Source of the DNA: an uncultured virus (IMG/VR IMGVR_UViG_3300007171_000042)
Lineage: Duplodnaviria; Heunggongvirae; Uroviricota; Caudoviricetes
IMG/VR virus record: IMGVR_UViG_3300007171_000042
Span: 1 to 64,000 of that record
DNA: 64,000 bases
Direction: 5' to 3' (one strand)
Below, piece after piece: positions 31,002 through 41,078 of the stretch (the stretch's first letter is position 1; each line of letters opens with the position of its first letter). The notes beneath the pieces were generated by a model. The model made no database searches. It had not been told where the DNA came from and worked only from the letters and a program-made list of their open reading frames with translations. The position numbers and the translations under genes were made by a program.

Positions 31002-31451
31002 TTAGCACTTCCAACGTCTGCGTGCTTGTCTAATTCTGCTATTAGGATCATTCTGTGTAGCCTGTGAAGATCTACGTAACTGACCTAGTGATCTAGCACA
31101 ATAAGACTTTCTACGCATAGCTGCCTTACTTCCAGGTTTTACCTTACCTGTAACAGCAGTGCTTAGTTTAGATCCAGGGTTTGCTCTACGATAGGCCATT
31201 ACACCTTTCTGAGTCATTCCTGCTCCTTGTTTTGTAGGACGGTAGTTCGCTCCTGGACCTTTAGTTGTATGACGAATGTTTCCACCCTTAGCCATATATG
31301 CTTTCTTTAAGCGACTTTCTTTTTTAATTTTAGCCTCTTGGTTAAGCATCTCTTTTGTGGGATTCTTACCTGATCCTTTATTGGCCCTCAAATTATCCCA
31401 CAATCCACGTTGTGAGTAAGACCCATCTTTACGCTTTATCATTTGTTTCAT
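31002..31451 (-). CDS. Basic protein with DUF6321-like C-terminal domain
   Basis: GMTQKGVMAYRRANPGSKL...RRKSYCARS...DPNSRIRQARRRWKC resembles a recurrent small basic phage domain. Confidence 0.6.
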   Translation of the reverse strand: MKQMIKRKDGSYSQRGLWDNLRANKGSGKNPTKEMLNQEAKIKKESRLKKAYMAKGGNIRHTTKGPGANYRPTKQGAGMTQKGVMAYRRANPGSKLSTAVTGKVKPGSKAAMRRKSYCARSLGQLRRSSQATQNDPNSRIRQARRRWKC

Positions 31452-33409
31452 TTCTTTACTTTAGCTTTATTTAAGAAGTCAGATAAATTATAGTTTACTT
31501 TTTCTCTATTAAATTGCTTAGCCATTTTATTAGCTAACTGTAATCTATTTTGTTTACTTTTCACATCTCTTAAGATTCCTGCCACTCCATCTACCATTTG
31601 TTTATCGTTAGATATCTTTCCTCCGTTCTCCATCTTTTTATTTAAAACATACTTTTCATAAGCTGCTTGTGTATTCTTTCCCCATGCTCCATCTGTTTCA
31701 AGATTAGCTCCATACTTTTCATTAAGCATCTTTTGGTAATTCTGTACTTTAAGTCTTTCTCCTGTTAAGGTAGAAGAACTTTTTGTTGCAGGAGTAGAGG
31801 TATTAGACTTAAGAGTTGTAGTAGATTTAGTGGGTGAAGGAGAATAAGTCTTTTTAGAAGCAGTAGTTTGATATGTTTCTTGTGCTTTAGCTTTTGCAGG
31901 AACAGTAGTTTTTGTAGGCGCAACAATCTCTTTCTTTGTAGGTACAACTGGCTTTGCATTTTTTTCTGCAAGGATTTGTTTTTTAGCTTCGTCTACATAA
32001 CTCTTAGGCACTACTAAATTTGTTTCTGCTTCTACTCCAAAGTCGTAACCTATCTTTTCTAATCGTTCTGTAATACTTTGAGGATCTTTAGCATGTTCAT
32101 CAAAATTATATTTATCATGAATAAGATACTCTTTATCATTAACCTTTTTAAATGACGCTCTTCCTAGAGTAGTTTGAGCAGTTAGTGATGGCCAGTTTTT
32201 TTTCATATTTTCTACCTTATCAGAAAACTTTCCATCAGATTTATGTAATGTATGTAGAGAATTATACGCTTGCCTTTTACTTGGGTAATCATCGTATCCA
32301 AAACTTCCTGTATAACCTGCTTGTCCTGCAGGATTTCCTTTTTCTTCGGCTTTTGCAATAGCATAAGCAACTGCTTTTTTTTGACCCTCAGTAAAATTAT
32401 CACTTCGGTTGTCTATACTAGCAAAACTACGTAGATAAGAAGCAGCAGGAGTAGGAAGAATGTCTAAAGCAGCTCCTACAGGAGATCTAAACCTAGACTC
32501 ATTTGCTTGTTCATAATCTCTATTAACATCCCATTGTGTAAGAGTTTTTCCACTTATACCTTCTAATCCATCTGGTTTTCTATAAGTATTATCTTGGTAA
32601 GACCTGTTATCAACTTGTGTTACAGGAGTGGTAATCTTATTAGTAGATACTTTTTTAGGTGTTGGAGTGGGATTGATCTTAGGTTTAACTTTACCCTGCG
32701 GTTTAATATTTACAAATGTATTATCTGTATATTGATTTTGTTTTTGATTTTGTGGTTTAATTTTAGAATGCATTTGTCTAATTCTCTCTGCATCAGCCAT
32801 TTGATAAGCAGATTTTATAGGCATGTAAGGTCTAGCTACAAATGTGTTGTCTGTAGTGCTAGGAGCATTACTAGTAAAACTTAGAGGTCTTTTACTGGGT
32901 GGCACATACCTAGTACCTCCGGCTTTAAAATTCTTATTAAATCTAAATCCTACTCCATAACTAAGAGGTTCTTTTGGAGTATAGTTTGCATTACCATAAA
33001 AAGATAAGTTAGGATTAACTTGATAGTTTCCAGATACTGCTGCTCCTACTACTTTATTTTTATTGAAGTCTGCTGATGCATCTAAGTTTAGCTTATTAGT
33101 CATCAAGGATGCTCTTACATTTCCTGGAGTATAATCTAGATCTACACCCTTATAAGATGCACCAACACTAGGAATAAGAAAGTCTTGCTTACCTGTTAAG
33201 ATATTAGTAGACCCTTCTAACTTTCCTCTAAGTGATTTAAAAGAAGGAGAGTAAGAGTAAGCTACACTTCCTTCAGGAGATATATTATTTATAGCTACAG
33301 ATCCTCCATTAGGCATCTTACGTTTCTTAGAATTCTTATATGCACCCTTAAGCCTAGAGCCTGAGGGTGCACTTGGAATTACGGAACCATTTACTCCTGG
33401 TACAAACAT
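31448..33409 (-). CDS. Modular basic virion/cargo protein with peptidoglycan-binding-like domain
   Basis: KVQNYQKMLNEKYGANLETDGAWGKNTQAAYEKY matches the PG-binding-1 DGxxGxxT pattern; N-terminal beta-strand-rich segment; Lys/Pro/Thr linkers. Confidence 0.6.
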   Translation of the reverse strand: MFVPGVNGSVIPSAPSGSRLKGAYKNSKKRKMPNGGSVAINNISPEGSVAYSYSPSFKSLRGKLEGSTNILTGKQDFLIPSVGASYKGVDLDYTPGNVRASLMTNKLNLDASADFNKNKVVGAAVSGNYQVNPNLSFYGNANYTPKEPLSYGVGFRFNKNFKAGGTRYVPPSKRPLSFTSNAPSTTDNTFVARPYMPIKSAYQMADAERIRQMHSKIKPQNQKQNQYTDNTFVNIKPQGKVKPKINPTPTPKKVSTNKITTPVTQVDNRSYQDNTYRKPDGLEGISGKTLTQWDVNRDYEQANESRFRSPVGAALDILPTPAASYLRSFASIDNRSDNFTEGQKKAVAYAIAKAEEKGNPAGQAGYTGSFGYDDYPSKRQAYNSLHTLHKSDGKFSDKVENMKKNWPSLTAQTTLGRASFKKVNDKEYLIHDKYNFDEHAKDPQSITERLEKIGYDFGVEAETNLVVPKSYVDEAKKQILAEKNAKPVVPTKKEIVAPTKTTVPAKAKAQETYQTTASKKTYSPSPTKSTTTLKSNTSTPATKSSSTLTGERLKVQNYQKMLNEKYGANLETDGAWGKNTQAAYEKYVLNKKMENGGKISNDKQMVDGVAGILRDVKSKQNRLQLANKMAKQFNREKVNYNLSDFLNKAKVKK

Positions 33410-34224
33410 TATTTTCTGTTTTGTTTTGCGATATACTCCATTGCAGCATTAATACCTACAGCTTTATATGGAGTAGATTTTTTTGAAGTTGCTTTAAGCT
33501 GCGGTTGATTAGGATTGCCAGAACCTTTTACAGAATAAGGTCTTACAGGATTTGCTAATCTAGTATTATCAGAGTAACTTCTTGTATTGACTGCAGGATT
33601 AACACGAGTAGAGTATGGTCCAGTATATTTATTACTTGGAGTTACTGCAGGATCATAACTAGTCTTTATTGTTTTAGCTGGAGAATTTACCACCGACTTA
33701 GCTGCAGGTTTAACAGTAGACTTAGCTGCAGGAGCAGTCTTAGACTTAATGTATGACTCATAAGCTTTTTGTGTTTCAGGTCCCCAAGCACCATCAGCAG
33801 CAATATTAAATCCCTTACTTTGCAACATTTGCTGATACTTCATTACTTTTTGTCTTTCAGGAGAAAGGTTAGAACTTTCTAATTGATTTAAAGTACTCTT
33901 AGCAGCCATGTTTAATGGGTCAATTGCTTTTACTGTAGGCATATCCATTTCTCTTGGTCTTTCCATTTCCATACCATCCTCACCCTTACGCATCTTAGAA
34001 AGAGTCTTAGCCAAGTTAGCACGTTTTACAGTAGTACTTGAGAACTTCTCTTTGTTGCTTAATACTTTATCACGAAATGCAGGAACAGACATACCTGCAT
34101 TCTTAGCTTGTGCAGTAAAAGATCCTGGCTTTTTAATAGCGCTCTGAATCCATTTGCCTCCTGATTTCATTTTCTTACCTCCGCAACTCATGCAGGTAGA
34201 GTAAGAGTTTTTTAAACGGCTCAT
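33409..34224 (-). CDS. Modular basic protein with peptidoglycan-binding-like domain
   Basis: KVMKYQQMLQSKGFNIAADGAWGPETQKAYESY; N-terminal KWIQSAIKKPGSF...KRANLAKTL basic module. Confidence 0.6.
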   Translation of the reverse strand: MSRLKNSYSTCMSCGGKKMKSGGKWIQSAIKKPGSFTAQAKNAGMSVPAFRDKVLSNKEKFSSTTVKRANLAKTLSKMRKGEDGMEMERPREMDMPTVKAIDPLNMAAKSTLNQLESSNLSPERQKVMKYQQMLQSKGFNIAADGAWGPETQKAYESYIKSKTAPAAKSTVKPAAKSVVNSPAKTIKTSYDPAVTPSNKYTGPYSTRVNPAVNTRSYSDNTRLANPVRPYSVKGSGNPNQPQLKATSKKSTPYKAVGINAAMEYIAKQNRK

Positions 34225-34248
34225 ATTATTTATTTTAAGTTATTTAGT

Positions 34249-34629
34249 TTAAGATAAAGTCAACAGATACAAAGTTTCAGTAATCAGACCAAGGATCTCA
34301 TCAATGATGTTTTGAATATGAGTATTCTCCATTCCTAGTACACCTCTATGCTTGAAGATGTAATCCTTCATGTAAGTAAGGTGAGTGCGTGCATTCATGT
34401 ATTCAGATGCAGGAATTTTAATGTTTACTCTCTTTCCAATTGTACCGAAGTAAGTTTCAATAAGACTATCAGTTAAGTCTAAAACAGAACTGTAGTAGTT
34501 GTCTAGTGCTTTGTGCTCAGCATAGTTTACAGTTTGCAAGTGAGTCAAGTGCATAATGTCACGAGACTGAAACAATTGACCTAAAAAGATTTCAGGTTTA
34601 ATTGTTGTAAAAAGTTCTTTTTCTTTCAT
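34249..34629 (-). CDS. Ferritin/Dps-like four-helix protein (DUF5856-like)
   Basis: HLTHLQTVNYAEHKALDNYY...DSLIETYFG...IQNIIDEI...TLYLLTL pattern. Confidence 0.7.
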   Translation of the reverse strand: MKEKELFTTIKPEIFLGQLFQSRDIMHLTHLQTVNYAEHKALDNYYSSVLDLTDSLIETYFGTIGKRVNIKIPASEYMNARTHLTYMKDYIFKHRGVLGMENTHIQNIIDEILGLITETLYLLTLS

Positions 34630-34639
34630 GATAAGAATG

Positions 34640-37600
34640 TTATGGATTTGTTTGAGTTATTTGAATGGTGTTAATAAACTTAAATCTAGAGTACTGATCT
34701 TGAATCAATCTTACTCTAGCAAAGTCAGACTTAATTTTATTTTTTTGATAGGATACAGATGTAGGTCTTATACTCTTAGTATTAGGTACTTTGTCTATAG
34801 GATATTGAGTAACTAAGTCACTCCATTGGGTAGACCACAAAGGTTGCCCATTTCCTTGAGCTGCAACGTTCCAGAATCCGTTAAAAGTACTGACATGGTC
34901 CCTACGAGAGATAAGTGTTTCTATACCTGTTGCTGTCATTCTAGGATAAGTGATCTTCTGTCTTGTGTTACCAAATATCTCTGGAATTAGTTTGATAGTA
35001 CCAGAAGACTGTTCTTTATTATAGATAATAGCCTTAGTAAAGTTTGCTAAGTTAGTATTGTTATTAGTACCTAAAGAATAGTACTCGTAATCAGAGTAGT
35101 ATTCTTGGATATCTTGCATCAATGTAACAGAATTTACCGTAGATATCTGAGGAAATGTACTTACATTATACTCTAGTATATAAGGATACAACCTATTGTA
35201 GTAAGTCTGATAAGTATACACAGATAAATTATGGTTCCACGTAGATGCTCCTGCAGAGGTATTAATCATTGTTTGAAAATGACCTAACTGAGGAACAAAG
35301 AAATTAGGAAGGAAAGAGTAGAAAGAAATAAAGTTCTTTAACTTAGGTGAATATGCTACTGTCCAAGACTTGTTCTCAAAGAAAGCTGGGTCACCAAAAG
35401 TAATTGTAACTTGAGTGGCCCCTGTCTCGAGTACATACTTACGATAATTAGTATCTGAAGTATCTGTAATGTACTTGACTACAGAAGAATTTCCTTCACG
35501 ATATTCTGGCTTTACTCTGTAGTCCAACTTAGTAATAAATACTCTTTCGTATCTTTCATCCCAACCCATAACAATGCCTAATCCGATAGGAGGATTATCT
35601 ACGTCTGCATTAGGGATGTCTTTAAGAATTTGGAAAGGTAGATTTTGCTTAAACCAGTTATAGTTATTTTCTGTTTTAATCTCGTTAAAGCCGTCTCCTG
35701 TAATTTGATAGATATGACCACGTTTAGCGTCTACCCAGAATGTACCATATTCACACTTGACATAAGCTTTGTGTTGAGTTCCAATATAACCCAAGTCACT
35801 CTTAGCCAAGTCAACAGGCTTTTGTTTAAACATTTCTGCATTACCAATCTCTAACTGATAAGGAGAAGTAGTACTTAATGTAATACGAGAGTTGTATACC
35901 TTAGTAGTATTTTCAAATCTAGCGTATACTCTTTCATTCTCTCCTGCATTCAAATCAACTAAGCGACCACCTTGCTTAGGAAAGTCATAGAAGTTTCCTG
36001 GACGGAACACTCTCCAAGCATCTGAAAGATAATTAGAGGAATTTGCAGGATCAGAATAAATTACACGGTTATGATGAATAGATAAACACTCCAATGAAGG
36101 ATACTTTAGTCTGTATGGTAAGTTAGGACTCAAGTTCTGTGCAGAATAAGTGGCGTTGTAGTGGTAGAAGTTATCAAACTTAATAGGGACATTTACTTCA
36201 TGTAGCCACTCATCAGGAATACCTTCTCCTACATTAGGATAAAAGTTTTCTTCTAGGTCGTTTCTTCCATGACGTAAGTCTACATTAATATCGGACTCTA
36301 CATAGAATACTGGAATACCGTAAGAAGCTGTATAAAAGTATCCTTCCCTATCTACGTCAAACGAACTGTTTGCCGCATCAAGATTTATCTTAGGAATATA
36401 GTCGTTCAGTATAGAAGCAAATGCAGTAGTAAAAGCGGCATCCGCAGCAAGTTCAGCAATAGCAGTAGCTTGTGATCCTAAGTTAAGTAATGCAGGAGCC
36501 TTCTTTGCAGTTATTGCTACTCCAAGAGCAGTGAGAGTTCCTGCTACATCTGCTGCAGTAATAGCTTCAGATGAGTTACCAGCATAGAATGTTGGATATC
36601 CCAAGTTTGGATACAGCCAATAATCAAACGGAACATTGTCTACTTTAGCAGGCAAGTTAGCTAAGTTACGAGTAAAGAAAGAGTGTTTACGCTTAAGGGC
36701 AAACTGGTTAATGTATGTATCGCCACCAAATGCAGGATAGAAAGTTCTTTCTACTTTTAAGTATCCTGTATTATCTTCAAATACATCTGCACTATAGCCA
36801 GTAGATACGTATTTAATGTTTTCTATTTGTCCATATTGGTTAGGGAAATTTCGTTTAATTGAAGAGTAGTAGGCACGAGTATTAGACTCTACAATCCGTG
36901 ATGGATTGTCTTCCATTCCTGCCTGAGAGATTGTGAATCTTGAAGTATCAACAATACTAGTAGCAGAATGAAGGGCAAATGTCTGACCTACTTTTAGATA
37001 AACAGAAGTCTCTCTTAATCTATTATGTAATGGAGCATCATCATTTAACTCTACTATCTTGTCGTTAGCGTATAAACCAATATCCAGTACTCTTCGTTTA
37101 TCCCCTGTGTTAGGAATAGATTCATATTTAGTATAGGTACCAACTGAGTTATACTGCCATGCTAATTCTCTATAAGACAAAGCCTTTTCTATCAGGTCTT
37201 TCATTATAGAGGTATTAGTTATAATCTCTGTTACTCGACTTTCAAAAGTAGATCTAAAGCCTGCTGTAGCACTTGCGTCTGATTCAGCACTTGTAACATA
37301 TGATAAAAGTGTGGCTACTGAAGAAGACAAAATATTAGTTCCTCTTCCGATTATCTTATATTTAGGATGGTCTAGTACAGGAACAAAATGGCCCTTTACA
37401 GTCCCATGTTCTATAGTCTCTAATTTAAGTTCTGTTCCAATCTTAGGATACTGAAAGTGAGTATCAGGGGAATGGAAAGTAAATCTTTGAGATCCAAAAG
37501 CTATAGTGTTTATAAACCCAGAGTGATTTCCCATATCATCACTCACCATTCCTCTATCGCCTTCTTTGTACCAATCAGATCCCATCTTAAGATAAGGATC

Positions 37601-39739
37601 TTGGTTTAAGTCATTATAAGGATAATTAGGATAGTATACTTTCTTTCCTGTGGTCTTGTCTAAGAAGGTTCCTACATCATAAACTAATCCTTTAGCAATT
37701 ACAGACTTATTGTTTACACGATTACCTCTTACTAACTCGTACCCACAGATAAGTTCCTTAACAGGAATCTGGTGATTACCATAAGTATTTAACGGATCAT
37801 AGACAGTTGTGTTGTTTATTACGTTTTCAAACTCTGTCTCCTGTATACGCACACCTATAGGATAGATAATAGCTTCATCGTTTTTATGGATGTGTGTAAT
37901 AGCACTGTCAGGAAATTTGTGGTGACGAATAGGTTGACCTGCTAAATCTCCCCATACTTCTTCATAACAAGGATAAGTCTCTGTAGATTCCCAATAAGCA
38001 AACTGTCCTGCCTCCCCTGGAGTAATAGCACAAGAGTATTGTTCTTCTTGTTTATTTGCAGGATTTTCAGAGTACATCAATCCTTTAGATCCTGTATTGT
38101 ATACCTGCCAACGTAAGGATTGGTCTTCTACTACGCAGTCATTTACAATTTGGAATACATCCTTATTATCAGGATTCATAGGTTCTAGGTCTGTACTACT
38201 AGGTAGCCTACCAGGAATATGAAATACATCTGTGTATTTACCGTTCTTTAATTTAAATTTAATTCCAAAAGGATAAACCTCATCCCTCTGATATGTGCGG
38301 AAGAAGTAAGCAACCTCAGGATTAGAATAATCAAACTTCTTATCTACAGGCATCTGCACAGTTTCCCAACGAAGTTTAATCTGATTTGCAATAAGTTGGA
38401 AGTTGTACTTAGGCGTTTCCACCAAGTCAGCCAACATCAAGATGTCGTTCTGCTTTTCGATAATCTCAGCATGCTCATAGTGAGGACTACGAACTAAAGG
38501 AGTAATAGAAGAAAAAGTAGAAGAGTAATCTCCTGTGTAAATAATAGAATCTTTTAGACTAGATTGATTAACTCTGTAAGTACCTACTAAGTGGTATGTA
38601 GTTACTTCATTAATATTTTCTGCAACAGTTAAGTTAAAATAATCAAAGATTGCAGTTTTATGATCTATAGAAATTCTAATAGATTTAGAAGTTTCGTACT
38701 CTGTTTGTTCTGTAATAGTCCGTTCAAAGATTGGAATAGGATTACAAAAATCAACATAGTCTGTAAGTTCTTTTCCGTTCTCGTCTGCATAGGCTACAGA
38801 AAAAGAATAAACACCTCCCTTAAGTCTTCCTCCTGAATCTACTGAGGTAGGATATACTTCTGGTTGACAGAAGTCAGGAAACAGTTTTAAGCGCTCACAA
38901 GCAGTTGAAAGAGAGTTGATGGGATCACCACATTGATCTTTCCCTAAAGGTTCTTCTAAAGAGAAATAACGAGGTTGTATATTACGTGCAACAAAGTAGA
39001 TCTTAGTCTCACAGTTGTCAATACGATACTCAGCAAATACAGGAAAATCGACTGATAGTTTCAAACAGCATCCTGTTCCTGGATCACAAGGAGTTCCTCC
39101 TCCTTCATAAACTTCACTAATGATTCTAACATTCGGAGGCAAAGTATATTGTCCTTTGCGTGCTAGGAAGAAACCTAAGCCAAAAAAACTTTGACTTTGT
39201 TGTTGCCCACTACAGTCAGTCCAGTTAACTGTATATGCTTGATTAGATTCACCTTGTTGCTCTACAGATTCTACAGAATAGAAATAGCATCCTCCTGTAT
39301 CTTGACAACAGTTGTCTACTATAAGAGGAGTAAAAGTACAACAAGTATCTAGGGACTCTCCTAGTTGAGATCCTACGGTACTGCTGACCACTGTTCCAGA
39401 AATACAACCACAGTCTGTTTCAGACTTTGTTAATGTGTTACAGTCTTTATCTAAATTAGTTATCTCTCCTATCAAAGATCTTCCATCAGGATGAGCCAAG
39501 AAAACAATTAGTTTAGACTGTTCTATAATGTTTAAATTACCTACAATCTTGTAGCCAGGATACTGAGAAGTAAAATCAAAACATAACTGGTTAGAAGACT
39601 CATTTGTATAGGTAGTAGAATTACCGTCATGAGACTGAATGTTTGCATTTAGAGCAAACGTAATCATGTTCTCCTTAATCTGGTAGTTAACCGAATCAAG
39701 GTTTAAACCTGCTACATTTTGATTTATCTTGTTATCCAT
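34640..39739 (-). CDS. Tail stabilisation / muzzle protein
   Basis: 1699 aa; GLNLD start, YQRDEVYPFGI, YWESTETYP...IRHHKFP, FGGDTYI, SWTVAYS...FISFYSFLP motifs recalled from crAss-like Tstab; follows the tail tubular gene. Confidence 0.8.
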   Translation of the reverse strand: MDNKINQNVAGLNLDSVNYQIKENMITFALNANIQSHDGNSTTYTNESSNQLCFDFTSQYPGYKIVGNLNIIEQSKLIVFLAHPDGRSLIGEITNLDKDCNTLTKSETDCGCISGTVVSSTVGSQLGESLDTCCTFTPLIVDNCCQDTGGCYFYSVESVEQQGESNQAYTVNWTDCSGQQQSQSFFGLGFFLARKGQYTLPPNVRIISEVYEGGGTPCDPGTGCCLKLSVDFPVFAEYRIDNCETKIYFVARNIQPRYFSLEEPLGKDQCGDPINSLSTACERLKLFPDFCQPEVYPTSVDSGGRLKGGVYSFSVAYADENGKELTDYVDFCNPIPIFERTITEQTEYETSKSIRISIDHKTAIFDYFNLTVAENINEVTTYHLVGTYRVNQSSLKDSIIYTGDYSSTFSSITPLVRSPHYEHAEIIEKQNDILMLADLVETPKYNFQLIANQIKLRWETVQMPVDKKFDYSNPEVAYFFRTYQRDEVYPFGIKFKLKNGKYTDVFHIPGRLPSSTDLEPMNPDNKDVFQIVNDCVVEDQSLRWQVYNTGSKGLMYSENPANKQEEQYSCAITPGEAGQFAYWESTETYPCYEEVWGDLAGQPIRHHKFPDSAITHIHKNDEAIIYPIGVRIQETEFENVINNTTVYDPLNTYGNHQIPVKELICGYELVRGNRVNNKSVIAKGLVYDVGTFLDKTTGKKVYYPNYPYNDLNQDPYLKMGSDWYKEGDRGMVSDDMGNHSGFINTIAFGSQRFTFHSPDTHFQYPKIGTELKLETIEHGTVKGHFVPVLDHPKYKIIGRGTNILSSSVATLLSYVTSAESDASATAGFRSTFESRVTEIITNTSIMKDLIEKALSYRELAWQYNSVGTYTKYESIPNTGDKRRVLDIGLYANDKIVELNDDAPLHNRLRETSVYLKVGQTFALHSATSIVDTSRFTISQAGMEDNPSRIVESNTRAYYSSIKRNFPNQYGQIENIKYVSTGYSADVFEDNTGYLKVERTFYPAFGGDTYINQFALKRKHSFFTRNLANLPAKVDNVPFDYWLYPNLGYPTFYAGNSSEAITAADVAGTLTALGVAITAKKAPALLNLGSQATAIAELAADAAFTTAFASILNDYIPKINLDAANSSFDVDREGYFYTASYGIPVFYVESDINVDLRHGRNDLEENFYPNVGEGIPDEWLHEVNVPIKFDNFYHYNATYSAQNLSPNLPYRLKYPSLECLSIHHNRVIYSDPANSSNYLSDAWRVFRPGNFYDFPKQGGRLVDLNAGENERVYARFENTTKVYNSRITLSTTSPYQLEIGNAEMFKQKPVDLAKSDLGYIGTQHKAYVKCEYGTFWVDAKRGHIYQITGDGFNEIKTENNYNWFKQNLPFQILKDIPNADVDNPPIGLGIVMGWDERYERVFITKLDYRVKPEYREGNSSVVKYITDTSDTNYRKYVLETGATQVTITFGDPAFFENKSWTVAYSPKLKNFISFYSFLPNFFVPQLGHFQTMINTSAGASTWNHNLSVYTYQTYYNRLYPYILEYNVSTFPQISTVNSVTLMQDIQEYYSDYEYYSLGTNNNTNLANFTKAIIYNKEQSSGTIKLIPEIFGNTRQKITYPRMTATGIETLISRRDHVSTFNGFWNVAAQGNGQPLWSTQWSDLVTQYPIDKVPNTKSIRPTSVSYQKNKIKSDFARVRLIQDQYSRFKFINTIQITQTNP

Positions 39740-39744
39740 TAAAC

Positions 39745-40581
39745 TTAGGAGATATGGAACTTATTAAAACGAGTTCTAGTTTTAGCTACGTTATCTGCCA
39801 TCTGTTGCTTAGTATAAGTCAACAGGTAGCCATTAGCAGCTTGTAATTTATTTAATTGATCTTGTCTGTAGTACTGAAACTTAGCTTCTACTTGACGTTG
39901 ACTCTCGTCTACTACTGAATGCCAAAGTTGTTCAAAAAACTTAAACTTAAGATAAGACTTGATATACTCTTCAACCTCAAGAATTTCTGGCACCATAGGT
40001 AGGTTATCATCATCCATTGGACGTGAGAAATATCTAAAGTAAACACAACCGCTTTCAAACGTAGAAGTAACTGTCTTATTTGGGTGAATCTGTATAACAT
40101 TATTTGAAGAAACATTTAAATTTTCACACCCTTCTGTACACAAAGCTTTTGATCCATGATACACTCGAATCCAAGTAGGATTCTTCATGGTAATCTTAAA
40201 TCCAGGAGTAGGGACAGTTACAATCTCATACATCTCCTCTTTTAAGCCACAGTCTGTACAGCCTTCAGTACACTGTATAGATTTATACCAAGTGCCTTTA
40301 GCTGAGTTTACACCCTGACTCCAGAATACATCTGAATCATAATGAATAGCATAGTCTAATAAAGCAAAGTCACAGGGTACCTCAGACTTATAGTTTTCAA
40401 ATCGAAGAACCATTTCTTGAGGATCTAGTACCATAACACGAAGCTTTCTTAATGCTTGATCTACAAAAGTAGGAATAAGAACTTCGCTAATAGCTCCTGC
40501 TTCGAAGTACGATTTAAGCTCTTGCTTTACTTCGGCAATTAAAGGTTCGGAAGAAATAAAGGGAACATTATCGTATTTCAT
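39745..40581 (-). CDS. Tail tubular / ring protein
   Basis: Synteny (IHF-like, Ttub, Tstab); TFESGCVYFRYFSRPMDDDNLPMVPE motif. Confidence 0.7.
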   Translation of the reverse strand: MKYDNVPFISSEPLIAEVKQELKSYFEAGAISEVLIPTFVDQALRKLRVMVLDPQEMVLRFENYKSEVPCDFALLDYAIHYDSDVFWSQGVNSAKGTWYKSIQCTEGCTDCGLKEEMYEIVTVPTPGFKITMKNPTWIRVYHGSKALCTEGCENLNVSSNNVIQIHPNKTVTSTFESGCVYFRYFSRPMDDDNLPMVPEILEVEEYIKSYLKFKFFEQLWHSVVDESQRQVEAKFQYYRQDQLNKLQAANGYLLTYTKQQMADNVAKTRTRFNKFHIS

Positions 40582-40590
40582 AGTCTTTGT

Positions 40591-41076
40591 TTAAACGTCT
40601 AACTTGTTGTCTCTTATTGCTTTAGCTAATGCTAGTTTGTGTTTTGTTGCAGCTCTTAAGTCATAAAATCCAAACTGTACTATCCTCTTAGAATATGGAT
40701 ACAGGTGAAATTTATAGACTGCACCATTGGTATGTGAGTTTCTATAAGGCACCCGAACTCCGGTTTCATTGTAGACTTTCCAGTTAATAATTGTATGTTT
40801 AGCTTCTGGAATTGCATTCTCAGTCTTCAGTATTTTAATTGAACCTAAGTTAGGGATTCTTATAGTATATCTACCACGTAAGAGACGTTCCATTAGTTTT
40901 GTGTGCAGCTTTTTAGGAATAGCACAAAACTGTTTGTAAGTGATGTCTTTACGTTTGGTTTCTTTTAAGAACTTGTGGTAGGCTCGAAGAACTAGATAGT
41001 TTGTATCTGACGTAGTATCTTTTTCTTTTTGCCTAGGATTTTTTTGTGGGTTGGCTTTTATAAAGTCTTTCGACAT
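40591..41076 (-). CDS. IHF/HU-like DNA-binding protein (crAss-like IHF family)
   Basis: GRYTIRIPNLGSIKILK arm motif plus INWK...YRNSHTNG; very basic; conserved position upstream of Ttub. Confidence 0.65.
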   Translation of the reverse strand: MSKDFIKANPQKNPRQKEKDTTSDTNYLVLRAYHKFLKETKRKDITYKQFCAIPKKLHTKLMERLLRGRYTIRIPNLGSIKILKTENAIPEAKHTIINWKVYNETGVRVPYRNSHTNGAVYKFHLYPYSKRIVQFGFYDLRAATKHKLALAKAIRDNKLDV

Positions 41077-41078
41077 AA

